Of a stretch of DNA of 37,983 nucleotides, positions 35,578 to 37,983 are shown piece by piece (position 1 is the stretch's first letter; each line of letters begins with the position of its first letter). Under the pieces are notes generated by a model. That model ran no database searches and had not been told where the DNA came from. It saw nothing but the letters and a program-made list of their open reading frames with translations. A program made the translations under genes and the position numbers. The stretch is from a bacterium (GTDB lineage Bacteria > UBA8248). The DNA lies in contig CBDBZY010000048.1 of assembly GCA_965213685.1 (NCBI GenBank), positions 1 to 37,983 of the forward strand, given 5' to 3'.

Positions 35578-35665
35578 CGCTAGGAGGGAGCGATGGGTTC
35601 GGCGGAGGGGTTTGGACTTCGCAGCCGCGCCTGCCCGCGCAATCACGCCGCTCCCCTCCCTAGCG
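35578..35665. repeat. Imperfect inverted repeat between the convergent hsdS and Rid genes
   Basis: CGCTAGGAGGGAGCG (35578-35592) versus CGCTCCCCTCCCTAGCG (35649-35665), differing only in G-run lengths. Confidence 0.5.
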
Positions 35666-35670
35666 CCGCG

Positions 35671-37062
35671 TCAGGAGACGATCTCGGGCGCGCCCTCGCC
35701 CGTCCACGCGATGGCCGTCATCGAGACTTCCGCCCCGCCGACGGGCGAGGGTTCGGGCACCTCGATGGCGGTGAACGCGGGCCTGCGCCTCGGGAAGTAT
35801 TGTCGGAACAAGGGCTCGAGCGTCGACAGATGGGAGATGTTCCTGAGAAACAGCGTGAGGTGCGCCACCCCGTCCATCCCGGCGCCCGGGATTTTCATGG
35901 CGCTTTCCATCCGCTCCAGAATCCGCAACCCCTGGAGGAGCGCGCGTTTCGCCGAGGCGGCGGATCCTTTCGGGAGTTTTTTCCGGAGCGGCCCGCCCAG
36001 TTCGCTTTTTTTCCGAATCGGCTCCCCGTCCTCGTTCAGTCCGACGAGGTTCGAGAGAAACAACAGGCCGCCGGCCCCGACACCGAGGCTCATCTGGGCA
36101 CCCGGAGCGTCCTCCCCGCGAATCACCTCGCGCGTTATCCCCCCTCCCGCCATCAATGCGGTGGGTTCTATCTCGATTTTTTCTCCCTTGTGGCCGACTT
36201 CCGCCACCTGCATCACCGTGAGTGCCGGCGGATCCTCCGGGAAAAACCGCTCGTGGACGCGGTGGAACGTAGGGAAGTCGCGCATGTCCTGCAGGTAGAC
36301 GGTGATGTTCAATATGTTTTCGAGAGAGGAGCCCGACCCCTCCAGATGCTTTCGGATCAGGTCGTACACGAACCAGGATTGGGCGGCGATGGGGCCGTTT
36401 CTGCTGTCCTCATGACTTTGTCCGACGGACAGGAACCTCCCTTCCTCGGGAATGTCGGGGTAGTTGCGGATGAGGGGGGCGCCCGGCTTCGAGGTGTCTG
36501 TCGGAATCTGGCCGGCGACGAAAAGATAGGGCCCCGCGCCCACGACGTGCGAGAAATGCGCGGCGGCGGAGTGCGCTTTCGAGCCTTCGTGAACGGTTCG
36601 CCTCCCCAGCGTTTCCGCCGCCCCCGGGTGCAGGGCGATGCCGTCGATGTTGAAGCGGACGCTCCTCTCCGGGTCGAACGCGCCCATGCCTACGGCGGTG
36701 CTCGGCGCGGGGTCTTGCGGCTCGTAGTGGCGCCGGATGCTGTCGAAAACCGGGAAGAAGCGCTTGTCGAGCTGATACAGGTGGAAGCGGAGCAAATGCT
36801 CCAGCCCCCCGCCGTTTTCCCGCAGCGCGTTCCGCACGCCCTCATAGGTGGCGATGGCCTGCGCCCCGATGGGCGCCTCGATCCTGTCGACCCAGGGGTA
36901 GTTTCTGGTTCGTTTCGGTCCCCAGTCGCCGATTTCGGGGTAGGCGGCGCAAACGCTCCTCCTCTCCGGGTGAAGCCCCATCTGCCCGCTGAAGAACAGG
37001 AAAGGCCCCGCCGAAACGCACCGGGGCCACCTTCGGTGGTCTGCAAAGAATTTTCCGGACAA
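35671..37062 (-). CDS. Rid (YjgF/YER057c/UK114) family protein with three tandem domains
   Basis: Three units starting AGPFLFFSGQ, AGPYLFVAGQIP and AGGLLFLSNLVG. Each has the YL.D...F..F......F...P..T pattern and ends (I/V).(I/M)...A. TTG start 4 nt after the upstream stop. Confidence 0.8.
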   Translation of the reverse strand: MSGKFFADHRRWPRCVSAGPFLFFSGQMGLHPERRSVCAAYPEIGDWGPKRTRNYPWVDRIEAPIGAQAIATYEGVRNALRENGGGLEHLLRFHLYQLDKRFFPVFDSIRRHYEPQDPAPSTAVGMGAFDPERSVRFNIDGIALHPGAAETLGRRTVHEGSKAHSAAAHFSHVVGAGPYLFVAGQIPTDTSKPGAPLIRNYPDIPEEGRFLSVGQSHEDSRNGPIAAQSWFVYDLIRKHLEGSGSSLENILNITVYLQDMRDFPTFHRVHERFFPEDPPALTVMQVAEVGHKGEKIEIEPTALMAGGGITREVIRGEDAPGAQMSLGVGAGGLLFLSNLVGLNEDGEPIRKKSELGGPLRKKLPKGSAASAKRALLQGLRILERMESAMKIPGAGMDGVAHLTLFLRNISHLSTLEPLFRQYFPRRRPAFTAIEVPEPSPVGGAEVSMTAIAWTGEGAPEIVS

Positions 37063-37066
37063 TGTC

Positions 37067-37983
37067 TTATGCCTCGATGAGGGAGGGGGGGCGGAATGCC
37101 GTAATCTCCGGCGGCTCTTCCTCGTAGCGTTCCATCTCCACCAGCGCGCTGTGGGCGCTCGGCCCCTGTCCCAGCCGCGACGTTCCCCTGTCGGGCGTGA
37201 GGACGTTGGGGTTTCCGTGTTTGTCGAGCGCCCCGATGCGCCCGGGCTCCCTCGGGTCGTACCAGGCGCCCGTCGAGAGTTGAATCACCCCGGGGAGCAG
37301 GCGGTCGGAAATCACGGCGCCCGCGAGCACCGCGCCGCGGTCGTTGAAAATCCGGATGACGTCCCCCTCGCGGATTCCGCGCGCGGCGGCGTCGGCGGGG
37401 TGCATCCACGCCGGCTCCCTGCCGCGAATCTTGCTTCTCCGGCTGACGGTCCCGTTGTCCATCTGGCCGTGCAGTCTCGCGCGGGGCTGATTCGAGATCA
37501 TGTGCAGGGGGAATCGCTTCGCCAGCGCCCCCCCGAGCCATTCCGCGGGCTCCAGCCAGGCGGGGTGGGGGGGGCAATCCGGATACCGGAAGCCCTCGAT
37601 GCGCTCGGAATATATCTCTATTTTTCCCGAAGGCGTTTGCAGGGGGTGTCGTTCCGGGTCCTCCCGGAAGTCGGCCAGATAGACGTGCGGCGTCTCCGGC
37701 GGGGCGACCTCGGTATGCCCGCTCTCCCAAAAATGCGCGAACGTGTCGAGCACCACGCCCCGGGAGGCGGCTTTGCGGCGCGCCTCCTCATACAGGTGCC
37801 GGAGCCACGCCATCTCGCCCCGGCCTTCCGTGAACGCCTCCCGGAACCCCAGACGCCCGGCGAGGTCCGAGAAGATGTCGAAGTCGTGCCGGGCTTCTCC
37901 CACCGGCTCGATCACCTGGTGCATGGCCATGATGAAACGATCCCTGGAGCTCGACCCGATGTCGTTGCGCTCGAGCGTGGTGG
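37067..37983 (-). CDS. Molybdopterin S/N-oxide reductase (BisC/TorA/DMSO reductase family), C-terminal part; runs off the window
   Basis: TTLERNDI, AMHQVIEPVGEARHDFDIF, PLQTPSGKIEIYS, SNQPRARLHGQ, MHPADAAARGI, NDRG, GAWYDP and GNPNVLT. Confidence 0.9.
   Translation of the reverse strand, partial: TTLERNDIGSSSRDRFIMAMHQVIEPVGEARHDFDIFSDLAGRLGFREAFTEGRGEMAWLRHLYEEARRKAASRGVVLDTFAHFWESGHTEVAPPETPHVYLADFREDPERHPLQTPSGKIEIYSERIEGFRYPDCPPHPAWLEPAEWLGGALAKRFPLHMISNQPRARLHGQMDNGTVSRRSKIRGREPAWMHPADAAARGIREGDVIRIFNDRGAVLAGAVISDRLLPGVIQLSTGAWYDPREPGRIGALDKHGNPNVLTPDRGTSRLGQGPSAHSALVEMERYEEEPPEITAFRPPSLIEA

Overview
GC-rich bacterial window containing a ~34.5 kb defence island (about 958-35476). The island lies between an acyl-CoA synthetase on the left and a molybdopterin oxidoreductase plus triple-Rid gene on the right. 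In order it carries: a small membrane protein, an AbiJ-like gene, a single-chain type ISP/IIG-like RM gene, an ApeA-like HEPN gene, a complete type I-G (I-U) CRISPR-Cas operon (csb1/cas7, csb2/cas5-6, cas3 with C-terminal HD, a short cas8-type gene, cas4-cas1, cas2), a ~12 kb array (164 repeats by hand count), and a type I RM operon. Two observations stand out. (1) A SAMHD1/YwfO-like HD hydrolase and a YwgA/DarG-C-terminal-like partner sit inside the type I RM operon between hsdM and hsdS with overlapping stop/start codons, a candidate RM-guarded nucleotide-depletion system. (2) The array is a mosaic of repeat-variant blocks joined by hybrid repeats, which suggests recombinational import of spacer blocks. 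Many single-base frameshifts left of ~13.2 kb look like long-read errors, so gene models there were reconstructed by eye. All family calls come from motif recognition, not database searches.
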